DNA of 64,000 bases from Guillardia theta CCMP2712. Lineage: Eukaryota; Protista; Cryptophyta. The position numbers and the translations under genes were made by a program. The notes below the pieces were generated by a model. That model made no database searches and was not told the origin of the DNA. It saw nothing but the letters and a program-made list of their open reading frames with translations. The stretch covers positions 302,006-366,005 of the forward strand of contig NW_005434672.1 in the NCBI RefSeq assembly GCF_000315625.1, in the 5' to 3' direction. How positions within the stretch are numbered: the first letter of the stretch is position 1; each line of letters opens with the position of its first letter. Shown here one piece after another: positions 1-12,149 of the stretch.

Positions 1-2338
1 TTAGCTCTTCCTGTTGCCCTCCTCTCCTGCCCTCCTCCTCAAACCTTGTCCTCTGTCTCTCCCGAGCTTCAAGCAGATAGAGGGAGGCATACCACAGACG
101 AGGCGTTTGAAGGAACCTTGAACTCTCCAATCTCCTGCTCCCATTGCGGGTCGAAGGTGCTCAGGAGGGTCTTGGTGATATGATTCTGCCCTCCAAAGTT
201 GAGGACGACGTAGGGGTTGGGAGGGGCAGAGGACGTAGACGGCAGGTGGGCAGCGGAGTCGACCGATAAGTAGAGCTTCGTGAGCTCCAGTACCGACGTC
301 GACTGCTCTTGAGGAGGAGACGACTGGCTCTGCGTCATACCTCCTGGATCCTTCTCGCCATCCTTCCACAGCCCCTCGTATGAGATGGTCCCGTCGCTCC
401 TCGTCAAGATCCCGTAGCCATGCATTCTTCCCTCCTGGAACTCTCCACTGTAAGTGCTGCCCTCCGCAAACCTGCAAGGCTGTCAACAGGGAATCTCGTC
501 CCCCGCCCTCGTCTTTGTCGCAGCAACTCTTCTCATCCTCCTCCTCGTACTAACTCCCTGCTGTACGGCCTCCGTCCCTCCTCCCTCTCCCTCCACTCAC
601 CGGCACTTCCCGCGACCATGGGGTAGGTTACCCATCCATTCTCCCTCGTAGATGTTGCCGTCTGCATATGTGCAAAGTCCCTCGCCCTGCCTGTTGCCCA
701 TGTCCCAACAGCCTTTGTACCTGGGCAGAAGGAAACAGACGGAGGGTCAGAGACGAGAGCAGGAGAGAAGTCAGGAGACGAGAGACAACATTGCGCATGC
801 AGGAAAGGACACCAAGGATCAAAGTCATAATCAACATCAGCAACCTGCACCTCAATGCGAACAGATCCGTTCTCTCACCATGTGCCGTCTGTGTACTTGT
901 ACTCCCCGATCCCATGACGCCAGTCCTGCGACCACTCTCCTGTGTATGCCGCGCCATCCGGGTAGCTGATGGTTCCCTTGCCGTGCCTTCTGCCGTCCTT
1001 CATCTCCCCCTCATACTGCGATCAATCATCAATGGTGCGACCTCTCTCGATCCCGTCAGACTCACTCTTTTGCCATCCGGCCAAACCTTGACGATAAACC
1101 CATTGTCACTGTCGTTTCCATTCCGAACATTCTGCGCAAGGAAGGCTAATCACTCGGAGCCTGCACCCGCCGAATAAATCTTCACCTCCACGACGGGAGC
1201 TTGGTTCACTTTGTGAACGACCTGTCTCAGTTAGTGAGCAAGTGAACAAGCAGACTTTCTTCTCGTCAAAGTGGTTGATTTACCAGGGGTGACGGCACAG
1301 CCTATCACAAACATCACAAGTGAAACAAGGAGGAAGGTGTGCCTTCACAGACCTGGGGAGGCGGAGGGGGAGGGGGAGGAGGAGAAGCTTGAGGCAGCGA
1401 AGCGCCAAGCACCTGAAGAGAAACATCATGTAAGAGCAAAGGGAGCTCCTCAAACAGATTTCCCTCAGAAGATCAGAGAAAAGAGCCAAGGGAGCAGTCA
1501 GGTCACCTGTCTGCGAGGGGAATCTTTCACCGGAGTTCGCTCGGCATCGCGAGGTGTTATCTTAGTGATCTGCGCCCGCTCATCAGCTCCACACATCCCG
1601 ACAGTGTCAAGCTCTCACATTGGCGGGCACCATCGGAGCGTTGGGTGTAGTCGGCGAGTCTCGCACTTGCGTCCCAGCCGCCTCTTCCTCAGCAGGTCTC
1701 GCCTTCGGGGTGGTTTCGTTGGAGTTGGCCGACTTAAGCGCCGTTTGTGCATTTGCTGACTGTGCTGGGGAGTTGCTCAAGCTCTGTCCTGGTCCTCTAG
1801 GCAAGCCTTCATAGGTGACGACTGCTTCGTCCGCCATCACGATGTGTTGAGACGGCGTGGCGGGTGAGGATGCGGCATCTGGTTGCTGAGCATGCGGAGA
1901 GGCAGGCTGCACAGGAGGAGTGAGGACCTCCAGCTTCACCTTGGTATCCTTAGGGCCTTTGATCAGGTCCACGACGTCACGGATGGGAAGTCCCTTCACG
2001 GACTTGCCGTTCACCTTGAGGATAACATCGCCTTGATAGACCTGGCAAAAGTAAGAGACAGGGAGGAAGAACCTGAGACTGAGATCGAGACTGACAGACA
2101 GAGAAAAGAAATGTTGCAAGATTGAGAGGTAAAGATGCAGTGCTCCAGAGCCTCACCTTGCCACACTTGCTTGCAGATCCAGTGGGGGTCATGGACTGAA
2201 TAATATGATCTCCTTCCTTGTTAGGGGAGAACACTATTCCGATCCCTCCCTTGCCATCCGTCGGCGTCGTCCCTGGTGCTATAGTTCGGGCTAGCTCCAG
2301 GAGGCGGGGGCGGTTCATTCCTAGGCGTAAGGGCATGA
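1..2338 (-). CDS. PDZ + MORN-repeat + C2 domain protein, multi-exon, runs off the left edge (start approximate)
   Basis: PDZ split over exons: GIGIVFSPNKEGDHIIQSMTPTGSASKCGK / QGDVILKVNGKSVKGLPIRDVVDLIKGPKDTKVKLEV. MORN repeats YEGEMKDGRRHGKGTISYPDG (about 960-1015) and MHGYGILTRSDGTISYEGLWKDG. C2-like LYLSVDSAAHLP...PNPYVVLNFGGQNHITKTLLSTFDPQWEQ (69-425). Confidence 0.8.
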
Positions 2339-3644
2339 GAAACAGAAGAGAGCAGCGGCAAATCAAACATGAAGCCACCCAACGACACAGTACAAACACA
2401 AACAAGGTGTTGACGGGATTCCTGAAATGCAGTACAATTTTCCAAGCTACTCGGAGAACTAAGCACAATGACGCAGTCTTACGAGCCCTCAATCTTGTTT
2501 CTTGCTGTGAAAGTTTGCTCGCCGACCCGCTTGTCTCCTCTTGCACAAATCCCCCCTTCATCTATCTCATCACACATCTCAGATATCCTGGTGTGAATGC
2601 CATCTATCCCGATACCCATTCATGCTATAAATCAGGATCATGGATATCCTCTATCTCTAGTATTCCTCGTCTGCATCTGCCGTGCCAAGGCTGCTCCGCA
2701 TCTCCTTCATCCTTCATTGTGCTCATCCACGCCATAGCGCCTCTACCTCCCTCCCCTCTCCACGGTCATGTTTTGACCCAAACAACAATTATCCACCCTA
2801 CCCTCTTCGGAAATAAAATGTTTGACCCTACCATACGAAGTCGGCATTATTGGAAGTACCCTACCTGATAATTTCCATGAATTTGATGTTCTTTATACCC
2901 CTTATTCATCACCAAGCCTCAAGGCTACCCTACCAATAGATCAAGTACCCCACCCATGTCTACCACCCAGCTCGAACTACCTCTGCTTTTCACAGACAAC
3001 CCCACGAATACCCGATAGGGGTGGTGGCCAACAAGTTATTTTAAATATGGTACAGGAAAGCGAACTTGTATCACTAACTTGTATTATAAAACAATTAAAA
3101 TGGTTTTATAAATTTCTATAAGGAGTAGATACATGCTTTGGTAGCAAAAACTTCCGAGGAGTCTATACAAAAGTTTGTACCAGTTGTAGACTACTGGTAG
3201 CGGAGTTTGCTCTGTGATTGATCTCTGGTTCGAGCCGGCAGCACCGCCGATTACCGAGCCCGCCCCGGTCCACCGCCACCGGGCCCGGAAGTGGCTGACT
3301 GAAGCACCGGACAGAGTCCGGTAAAGCTAAAGAATCTATCATTTGAACGAGCCGAAAGTTGATGATGCTTGTCCTGGTTCAGTGATGCCGAGGTGGGAGA
3401 GGAGGAGAGGAGAGAAGGAGCGAGAAGAGACATGCCTTCATGGCAGGCGATGATGGATGTGATACGTGAACTGACAGGACAGCAACTGCAGAAGTAGATG
3501 AGGACCTACAAGAGACTCTGAGACAACTCCCATGGAAACGCTAGAACCTGCCATGCTCCCATGGAAACGCTGCATTTGACGACATGTATGACGTTGTATC
3601 GATCGAGATCGAAGCATTGAACTAGCTTCTACCTTCTCTGTGCG

Positions 3645-6330
3645 ATGGATGGCTTCACGGTTCTCAACAAACTTGGGCAGGGCGGGCAGGGAACAACCTT
3701 GTGCGTTGCGAGAAAAAGTGACAATCAAACGTTTGTGTGTAAACAGATAACATGCAGCAGCATAGCCGAGGGGAACAATGCGCTGATGGAAGCGAAAGTT
3801 CTCCAAAAGATTAACCACCCTGGTGTGATCAAGTACGAAGACTTGTTTCTGCACGAAACCATTGAGAACAACTATCGGAAACTTGTTGTCTGCATCGTAA
3901 TGGAATACTGCGAGAAGGGTGACCTGCACAATGCGATCAGCTACTACAGGAAAAGTTTCGGGTCCATGCCTGAGGCCCAGATCGTTAAGTGGATGCATGG
4001 GATTTGCAGGGCTCTGAGCCATGTGCATGAGATTGGGATACTTCATCGGGACCTCAAACCCATGAACATCTTCATCGATCGCCATGGCAACGTCAAACTT
4101 GGTGACTTCGGGCTGGCGAGGAAGTTTCAGTCGCCAGAAGATCTCAAGAGCCGTGCAGGAACTCCCTGCTACCTTGCGCCAGAGGTGCTCAACAAGGAGG
4201 TATACGCCCAGCCCTCTGACGTGTGGGGAGTAGGCTGCATCTGCCTCGAGTGCATGCAGATGACGTTCCTGTGGGAGAGGAAAGGGCTCCTTGCTGTGCA
4301 GGTGATGGAGGGCCCAGTCTCCATCCCGCCCTCCTTCTCCAACAGCCTGAGAACGCTCGTTTCTAGGATGCTCGAAAGGAACCCTGGGAGACGTCCTACC
4401 AGCAGAGAGTGCCTAGAGCAGTTTGGCCGCATGCTGGGAGATGGAAAGCAGAATCCTCCTCCTAATCCTCCTCCTTCCTCTCCCACGGACCGTGCCAAGA
4501 CCAAGGAGAGGACTGCGGCTCGGGACTCTGGGGGAAGACTGCCCAACAAACCTGACAACGTCGCTAATGGCGTCGCTGATGCCATCGAGATCGCCAAGGC
4601 GGCGGCGAGACATGCAGCTCACGTGGCCGGGGCGGGTCTTGAAGCTCTGCATAAGGATGGGGGCACGGGGAAGCAGAGAGAGGAGCGACAGGGGAAGGAT
4701 CGCAATGAAGAGAAGGAGAGAGCTGTTGCTGATTATGAAGCAGCTCTGGAGAAGAAGCGAGTGAAACCTGGCAGCAACACCCCTACCCTGCAGACCATCA
4801 TGGCGTATCCTCTCATATCCAAGGACGGGCTGACCATCTACATCTCGGATCAAGATCTGTTGGCTGGGATCGAGCTCTTTGTGAAACCTGGCATGTCAGC
4901 CGACGAGATCATTGGCGTTGCTCTGAACAACAAGGGGTTCTTCGAGCGGTATGTCGGCTCTCAGGATAACGTCGAGATGGTGAAGGGGAAGATGAGAAAG
5001 GTGATGGAGGATGCTGCCATACCGCAGCAGGGCAAGCCGAGAGAGAAGAAGCGGGAGAAGGTGGCACGTGCCCTGGAACACCTGAAGGATCGCACGGAGA
5101 CGAAGTAGTTGCTCTGAATGCCGATGTCCTTGAGATTTGACTTTCTCCCCAGACTGAAAGAGACCAAGAGCGCAATCTTCCATCCCCTCAAGGGCTTCGT
5201 GAATGACATGTCAACAGCATTGCAGAAGCTCCACAAGTCGTCGAATGACCAACCAAGGGAGGGGAGGGAGGACAGCAAGACTGCCAAGGGCAAGCAGGAC
5301 TGGGGTGTACCAGGTGAGGAAAAACCTGCACCTTGCTCTCCAAGGATAGGAGAGTTAAGAACTTGTCTGCAGCTCAAGACCCGCACGGCTCGAGGGCAGC
5401 AGCCCTTGACCTTCTGAAGAGCATGAACGAGGAGCCGAATGTTGTGAGTTGCCTAGCACGTCAAACCATCTGGAAGATGATGATTGATGACAGGACGACT
5501 TTGTGTGGGTGGAGTCGGAAGCTGACTGGGGTTGGCCGGTCGCTGAGAAGTTCCCGGGGTTGAGCGGCATTACCAACGAAGTATTTCCTTCCCACCGAGA
5601 TCAGGCGCCTCTGACTACCAGTTGCAGGAGGATCGCAAGATCTTGCGCAAGCATCTTGACACCGCCCACACTGCCCGTAAAAGAGTGGATGACGTGAGAA
5701 ACTTTGGATTCAGCGAGACTCGGTCGCTGACTTGTCCGCAAGGCCTTGGAGAAACTCTCCTCGTCTCCCTACCTGCAGAAAGCCGACGGCACGAGATACA
5801 AATGTTTGATCGATGACAAGGAGGTCAGACTATCTTCCCCTCTCCTCCTTCTCGCTTTGACTGCGTCCCCTCCCGCCAGATGGCTGGCATTGCGCTCTTG
5901 GAATATCCCTCGGGCGCCAAGTACGTCGGAGACTTCAAGAACGGCAGGTGCTGGATGAGTCGAAGAGCGTCGAGGATGCTGATAGCCTGCAGGCCGCACG
6001 GGCTGGGAGGGCTGAAGCTGGACAAGGGAGGCTGCTACCTGGGGCGCTTCCATAGCGGGATCTATGACGGTAAGACGAAGGGCCTCCTGGTTGCCAGTGA
6101 ACGTGATGGGCAGGTGTCGGCCACCTGCGCTTGTCATGCGACATGGTAGGCTGTGCTGCTGGCAGGCATGGAAGTGACGAGATCACCGCAGGAGTTTTGC
6201 GGAAACTTTCAGGCGGGAGAGTTTCAAGGCTGGGGATGTTTGTCAGGTCTTTTTGTGTTTGCAAGTGCGGAACCCGTTGAAGTGAGATCTCGCAGGCACG
6301 AAGAGAGTTTTCACGCAATATGGTATGTTC
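3645..6330 (+). CDS. NEK/NIMA-like Ser/Thr kinase with C-terminal MORN repeats (multi-exon; 3' end approximate)
   Basis: Complete kinase motifs: GQGGQG, VCK, HRDLKPMN, DFG, GTPCYLAPE, SDVWGVG. A 48-nt GT-AG intron (5105-5152) removes the apparent TAG and joins in frame to LKETKSAIF. Later exons encode YPSGAKYVGDFKNG, PHGLGGLKLDKGGCYLGRFHSG and EFCGNFQAGEFQGWG (MORN). Confidence 0.8.
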
Positions 6331-6888
6331 GAGAAGGGAAAACTCATACCAAAGCCATCAGTAGGGTATGCGTGACAGATGGAACCGTCATGTCATTTAT
6401 TCTTTCCGTCTCGTCTCTTGTTATTATTTTCATCTCCTTCAAATTTTGTGGTTTGAATAAAACATTGAAAGGCATCTCATGCCGCCCCTGCACTCGTTCA
6501 AGCATGTTGTTCTGACATGGAAGTCTCGATATGAGCGAACAGCCTTTCATTCTCCTTCTCCTCTGATCCCTCCCACTCTCCTCTTTTCACGTTCCTCTAC
6601 CCCCTTCCACGCCTGGACCGAATTTTGAAATTAGTGTAGGGACGGGCAAAGGACCAGTAGCAGTAGTAGGCCGGGCGAGGAATGGACCCGCGGGGCAACA
6701 GGGCTCGAGGCAACGACGGAGGAGTGGGTGGAGGAGAAGAGATGCAGTCCAGCTGAAGAGCAAGGAACAAACAGGCTGTAGTGAAGAGCTAGGAAAGATA
6801 CCTCAGACTGTGCATGCCCTTGTACAAGCACACATGTAGCTGGGCGGTTTTTGACCAGATTCGTATGGCAGGTAGCTGAACGAGGAGG

Positions 6889-9800
6889 ATGCAAGTAGAA
6901 ATCGTCTCAGCGGAGCTAGCTCCTGACGGAGGACCGAGCCCAGACGTCCGATGCTCGCTGACTCAGCGGGTCGGAAACACGACGCCGAACATCATGAGCA
7001 CGTCAGTGATCAAGAGCACCTGGAACCCCGTGTGGAAGCAGACGCTGAGCCTCGAGGCGGATCCTGACCATGTCATCGAGCTGAGCCTCTGGGATGAGAG
7101 CTCCTCTCCCTCCTGCTGCCTGGGAGAGGCCACTATCCCCTGTGACGAGCTCAACATCTCCAACTATGACAGCCCCGTCCGCAGCATCCCCGTGCTGCAG
7201 GAGCTGGAGGGGAAGAACAGGATCGTGGGGACTGTGAATCTCCGGAGTAGGAAGGCGAGCAAGAGAGAGTCGACCAACCCGCCCAACATCAGAGACATCC
7301 GAACCCCCGACCTGCTCAAGTCGGTCGAGAGATCAGCGACGCAGGAGGAAGAGAACAAGACTGAGGTAGCGAGGAGAGAGGACAAGTCCCGGAGGAGTCA
7401 GAGCAATAGGCCTGTCTCCTACGATGCTGACTCGAGGCCGACAGAAGCGGGCAGGGCAGGGCAAGGGAACGGAGCCACGAGAGTCTTACAGCTGGTCAGA
7501 GCTGCGAGCCGAGACTCGAACCTAAACGACTGCGACGTCGGGCTAGTCCTCCAACGCTCGCATGACGGCAGCTACCTCGTGTCCTCCTCCATTACCGGGA
7601 GCCCAGCGGCGCGAGCGATGAAGGAGGGGCTGCTGAAGAAGGGAGACGTGCTGGTGACCATTAACAGGAGGAGCTTGAACAGCAGGAGCCACTACGAGGT
7701 CATGAAAATGCTTCGCGGGCCAGCCCATACTACTGTAGACATTGAGTACGTCCCTGGGATCGGGTACAAGGATGCAGAATCGAGCAATGCTGAGAAGCCC
7801 TCTGAAGTGATGATCCTCACTATGAAACTGAAGGAAGACTACAACAAGCTGATTGGGAGAGAGGAAAGCTTCGCTACCATCCTCCTGAAAGACCTCGCAA
7901 GCATCGCAAGGGCCCCGCAAGCTCGGTTTCAGTACCTGGGGATGGAGAAACGAGGGTCGAACATTCTTGTTTCTATCAAGATACGCAACGACAAGGGAGG
8001 GACTGACATCCGAAGCGGCCAGTTTGTTGCTCAGATCATATATGACACCATATACGATCAGTCAAAACCAATCGAGCAATACATCTCTCTTGGAAACTTC
8101 CGAGCTTTGAAGTACTTCGCAGCGAAAGACTATGCAGATCATCAATTATCAAACGCTTCCTCGTACACCAACGAGACGCAGTCGCGGCTGGAGGCAGCGA
8201 TCAGCGCCATTGGGGGCTCGTTCTCAGAGCAGAACCACCATCGAGAGGAGCTTGAGAGTCGGTTGATGCCAACACCAACGAGTCAGAAGCCTGACTTCAT
8301 CCATGTCAACAACACGGGGGAGGACGTTGAGTTCTCGAACCGAGCACGGATTACAGCTTCGACGCTGCACGTGAACCGCTGGGGGGAGGTGAACATGCCG
8401 ACGCTCGTTGCTGAGGCGAAGGACGACACCCACCATGCTATCTTAGCTCAGAGCAACACAGTGGAGGAGGCGGAGGATGAAAGCAAGATGCCGGAGCTCC
8501 TGACCGCGAGCTATGACGTTACTGTCGCCGCACAGCCAACGCATGAGAACAAACCTGCGAACCCCTCCAAGCGAAGCTCGTTGGAGCGAGAAGCTGACTC
8601 CAAGGCGCCGGAGAGAGGAAGCGTCGGAAACACTGTGCTAGGCTCTCACTTTGACTTCAGGAATCTGTACTTTAGAATCACCTCCATCATCGTCGGAATC
8701 ATCGCTTTCGGCCTCATCCTCGGCTCCAGGCGCAACCCCCCACCATGGCACTGGTTGGCATGGATCAGCATAGGCATGCTAGGCATCGCCCCTGTTTCTG
8801 ACTTCTTCGCACAATTCTTCTCAGGAGGAGGGATCGGGCCCTATGAGTTTGTCTCTGACCTGCTGGCATGGCGGCAGCGGCTGCTGCTGCGCGGGGTTCC
8901 TCTCTGGTGGCTCTTCATGTCTCTCAACGTGACCAACACCCTGGGCAACCTCTTCTGGGAATCTGAAACCTTCGGGTACGAGCTCGGGGCCGTCGGCAGT
9001 GTGGCGCAGGTGATGTACTACTTCGGTATCCTCTGCATGTGCGCGATCCTGTACGCGATGCGCTCTCACCATCCCTACGCGCAAAGCCCGATGAGCATCG
9101 TCAACTCGTGCTTCGGGTACCATGCGTCGGGCCTCTTCGGGGCGATCGTCATGTACCGGCTCATCTCGCTGGTGTGGGTCAGCGCCTTCACCACGGGCTA
9201 CGTCTTCTACGAGTACAACGGCGAGATCGGCATCTTTTGGGGAGGAATCCTGAGCGGCCTGAGCCCCCTGCTCTACACGCTGATGGGGGGGATGCGGTCC
9301 TTGTACTACCCTCACCTAGTCATGTTCTTCATCATGTGGGTCTTCCTCATCGCCGTCGTAAGCAAGCTCCCGGTCGAGATCTGCTACCTCTGCTCGCAAG
9401 GGACGTGGAACATTGCTGCTGGCGCAGACTTGATCATCGTGCGCTTCCTGCAGGGCATGCTCTCCCTGCCATGGTGCACGGCCATCCTGACAGACCGCCT
9501 CTTCCTTACCAACTCCTTGGATGCCCTGCTGATTGGGGGCTTCTCCATGGTCTGCGCCATGCTCAACACGTTTCTCAGCTCGCTGGTGGGAGTGTACCTC
9601 CGTCAGGCTGGACTTCAGTCTTCTCCATTCGAGCTCGCAGGCCTCGTAGGCTCGGCCTACTACCACCTGATGCTCGGGCTGACCATCACGACCTCTATCG
9701 GCACCATGGACGCCTGCCTCGTGTCAGCCGCCAAACTCACCGGCCTCGAGGTCTTCGGCCTCTTGTGGCATCGCGAGTTCGGAGCGACGGCGCAGCCACT

Positions 9801-10390
9801 GGGGCCTTTCTCACGTCACATCACGCGAACCAACGTGCTGGCAGGACGCATCGCCATCCTCGTGGTGGGAGCCATCGGCCTGTGCTTCCTCTCCTCAGTC
9901 ATCGCCCACCCGACCAGCATCACCGAAGGTTCTCTGACGGGCATCATGGCCATGGGCCTCGGGCCCCCCATGATTCTCCTGTGCGTGTGGAAGAGGAAGT
10001 GGAAGCGATCGCCTCTCGCATTCATCCTCCCTGTCACCGTCAGCTTCATCATCGGCATCGTCAAGTCTGCATGGACTTCTTGCGTCAAGACCTCCAACGG
10101 GGTCTGCACAGCATCGCAGTCGACGTACCCCAGCAACTGGTCCATCGGGGACGGGCCCTTTGCCTACGATCTTGGCCTTACCGTCTACACCTTCTTGTTC
10201 TGCCTACTTGCAAGCTTGATCGGCTTCCTGGCGGATCAGCAGTTCAGGTAGGCCGAGAGGGTGCTCAGTCTGTCTCTGACATTATCTGGTTCTCAGGCTG
10301 CCTGACTCTGAGGAAGAACCAAACTTGATCCTGTGCATGGCAGAGAAGATCGGAGTAGATAACAGACTGGTTAGGGACTGGTTGCCGTGA
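6889..10390 (+). CDS. C2 + PDZ + sodium:solute symporter (SSS/SLC5-like) membrane-domain fusion protein
   Basis: One 1120-aa ORF plus a probable short last exon after an intron near 10248-10297. C2: VEIVSAELAP...TSVIKSTWNPVWKQ...ELSLWDE. PDZ: VGLVLQRSHDGSYLVSSSITGSPAA...LKKGDVLVTIN...MLRGPAHTTV. About 13-14 hydrophobic helices with SSS-like LYTLMGGMRS and SIGTMDACLVSAAKL. Confidence 0.8.
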
Positions 10391-10732
10391 TTGCCAGACG
10401 AGAGCTCGGGAGGGTTAGTGGCATTGTAAACTTGAAGGAATCTATTTGAAAGAAGTTAAAGATTTAGAAAGCACTTCCGTAAGACGATCAGTGTTGAAGG
10501 CGATTCTCTCTAAACATTCTGCTGGATCCTTTGAGTTCATTCGTACAGGTTGCATTCGTGAATGTGCAGCTTGTTTTTCTTATGAATATCATCATCGATA
10601 GTTGTGATTCCGAGCATGACGGTATGGAAAGAAACAATAATATCTATGAAGCAACAAGACATTGTCAAGGGCCTGTCCCGCTCTCGTCCTGTCGCCTTAT
10701 CGCCTCCAGAAGCTCAGGCTGACGTCATGGAG

Positions 10733-11758
10733 TCAAATACAACAGCTTGTAAGTCTGCCGACGATATTCCTCACCGTAGACGACAGCACAGAGAGATTCT
10801 TCGGCATGAGATCGTGGTTGCGCTCAACGACGAGCTCCTGAACGAGTCAAGTCAGAATGGCTTAAAGGAGTCGAACCTTCACCTGTAGAGCAGTCAGCTC
10901 GCCCAGACCAGATGGCAGCGAAACGAGTCTGTTGGCTCTGATGTCCAACGACTCAAGACATGTCAAGCTCGTGAACGACTGGGGGAGCGCAGGTCCCATC
11001 TGCGAGCATGTCGATCATGACCGTCCTGCGCAAGATAACGCGGCTCACATTGTTGTATCGAAGGTCCAGCTTCTTGATGCGTCCGTTCTGAGCGATCGCC
11101 CTCTGCGCATGTCAGCGTCAGCCGCGCGTCCTCCCGTCTCACTGAGCGCTCACAGCAAGTGCGTCAGCACCCTCGTTGCCAATGATGTTGTTCCCCAGAT
11201 GCACGGATTGTAAGGTAGGGTGCGAGGCGATGCAGGAGGCCTGCTGCTAGATCAGGATCGCCATGCGCAGCTGCCGATGCATGCTACCAGCGCCTTGGCC
11301 CCTTCATCCCTGATCTCGTTGTATCGCAGCTTCATCCTCGTCACTGATGTGTTGGTCATGAGCACTTGCGCTATCTGTGTGGACTGCGGGTGGTAACATC
11401 CATCACCCAACAATGGCGAAACGGAAGCAGCCGTCACCTCTGCATCGCCGACGCTGAACCACTCCATGTCCAGCTCCTGCGGGGGAGACGCAGACTGGAG
11501 CTGCGAGATGGTCCACTGAATGGCCTCGACGTTGGGCACATACCTGCGCTCGCATCATTCACTAACTGATGCCCTCTGCCTTCACCTGGCAGGCTTCACG
11601 GTGGAGCCGAGCTCGTCCAACATCTTGAGAGTGATCTCCTCCAGGCTCTTGCCCTCGTCCATCATGCTCACGTACTGCCTCCTGCACTTCTCCACCCCCG
11701 TCGCCTCCGCCTCCTCCCCCATCGCCTCGTCCCTCCCTCCTGCAGCGTCTCCCTGCAT
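10733..11758 (-). CDS. Leucine-rich repeat (RI-like) protein, multi-exon, ends approximate
   Basis: ELDMEWFSVGDAE/STQIAQVLMTNTSVTRMKLRYNEIRDEGAKAL, then exons with LQSVHLGNNIIGNEGADAL and IKKLDLRYNNVS. Confidence 0.7.
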
Positions 11759-11829
11759 TGCCTTGCCCCTCCGCCGAGGCGGGCTCCCATCAGGATAATG
11801 GCTGAGCAACGGCCTGCGACTAATGGGGG

Positions 11830-12103
11830 ATGACCAAGATGGCGAGGACGAGAGCTGCAAGACCTGGAAAGATGTAGAACAGACACTCTCACTCTCTCAC
11901 TCACCCACACTCTCATGCACTCTCTCTTACACTTCCTTACTCTGACGCCCTCNNNNNNNNNNNNNNNNNNNNNNNNNNNNNNNNNNNNNNNNNNNNNNNN
12001 NNNNNNNNNNNNNNNNNNNNNNNNNNNNNNNNNNNNNNNNNNNNNNNNNNNNNNNNNNNNNNNNNNNNNNNNNNNNNNNNNNNNNNNNNNNNNNNNNNNN
12101 NNC

Positions 12104-12149
<46 letters not shown>

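Noticed and set aside
3195-3250. tRNA-like GGTTCGAGCC box
   Set aside because: No proper T-stem, acceptor stem or cloverleaf could be built.
9039-10328. 429-aa overlapping + ORF
   Set aside because: Shadow frame of the GC3-rich transporter CDS, with R/P/H-rich non-protein-like composition.
10248-10500. TPP riboswitch near the SSS-like gene
   Set aside because: Only GGGTGC is present; the CTGAGA and ACCTGAT core elements are not found in the right arrangement.
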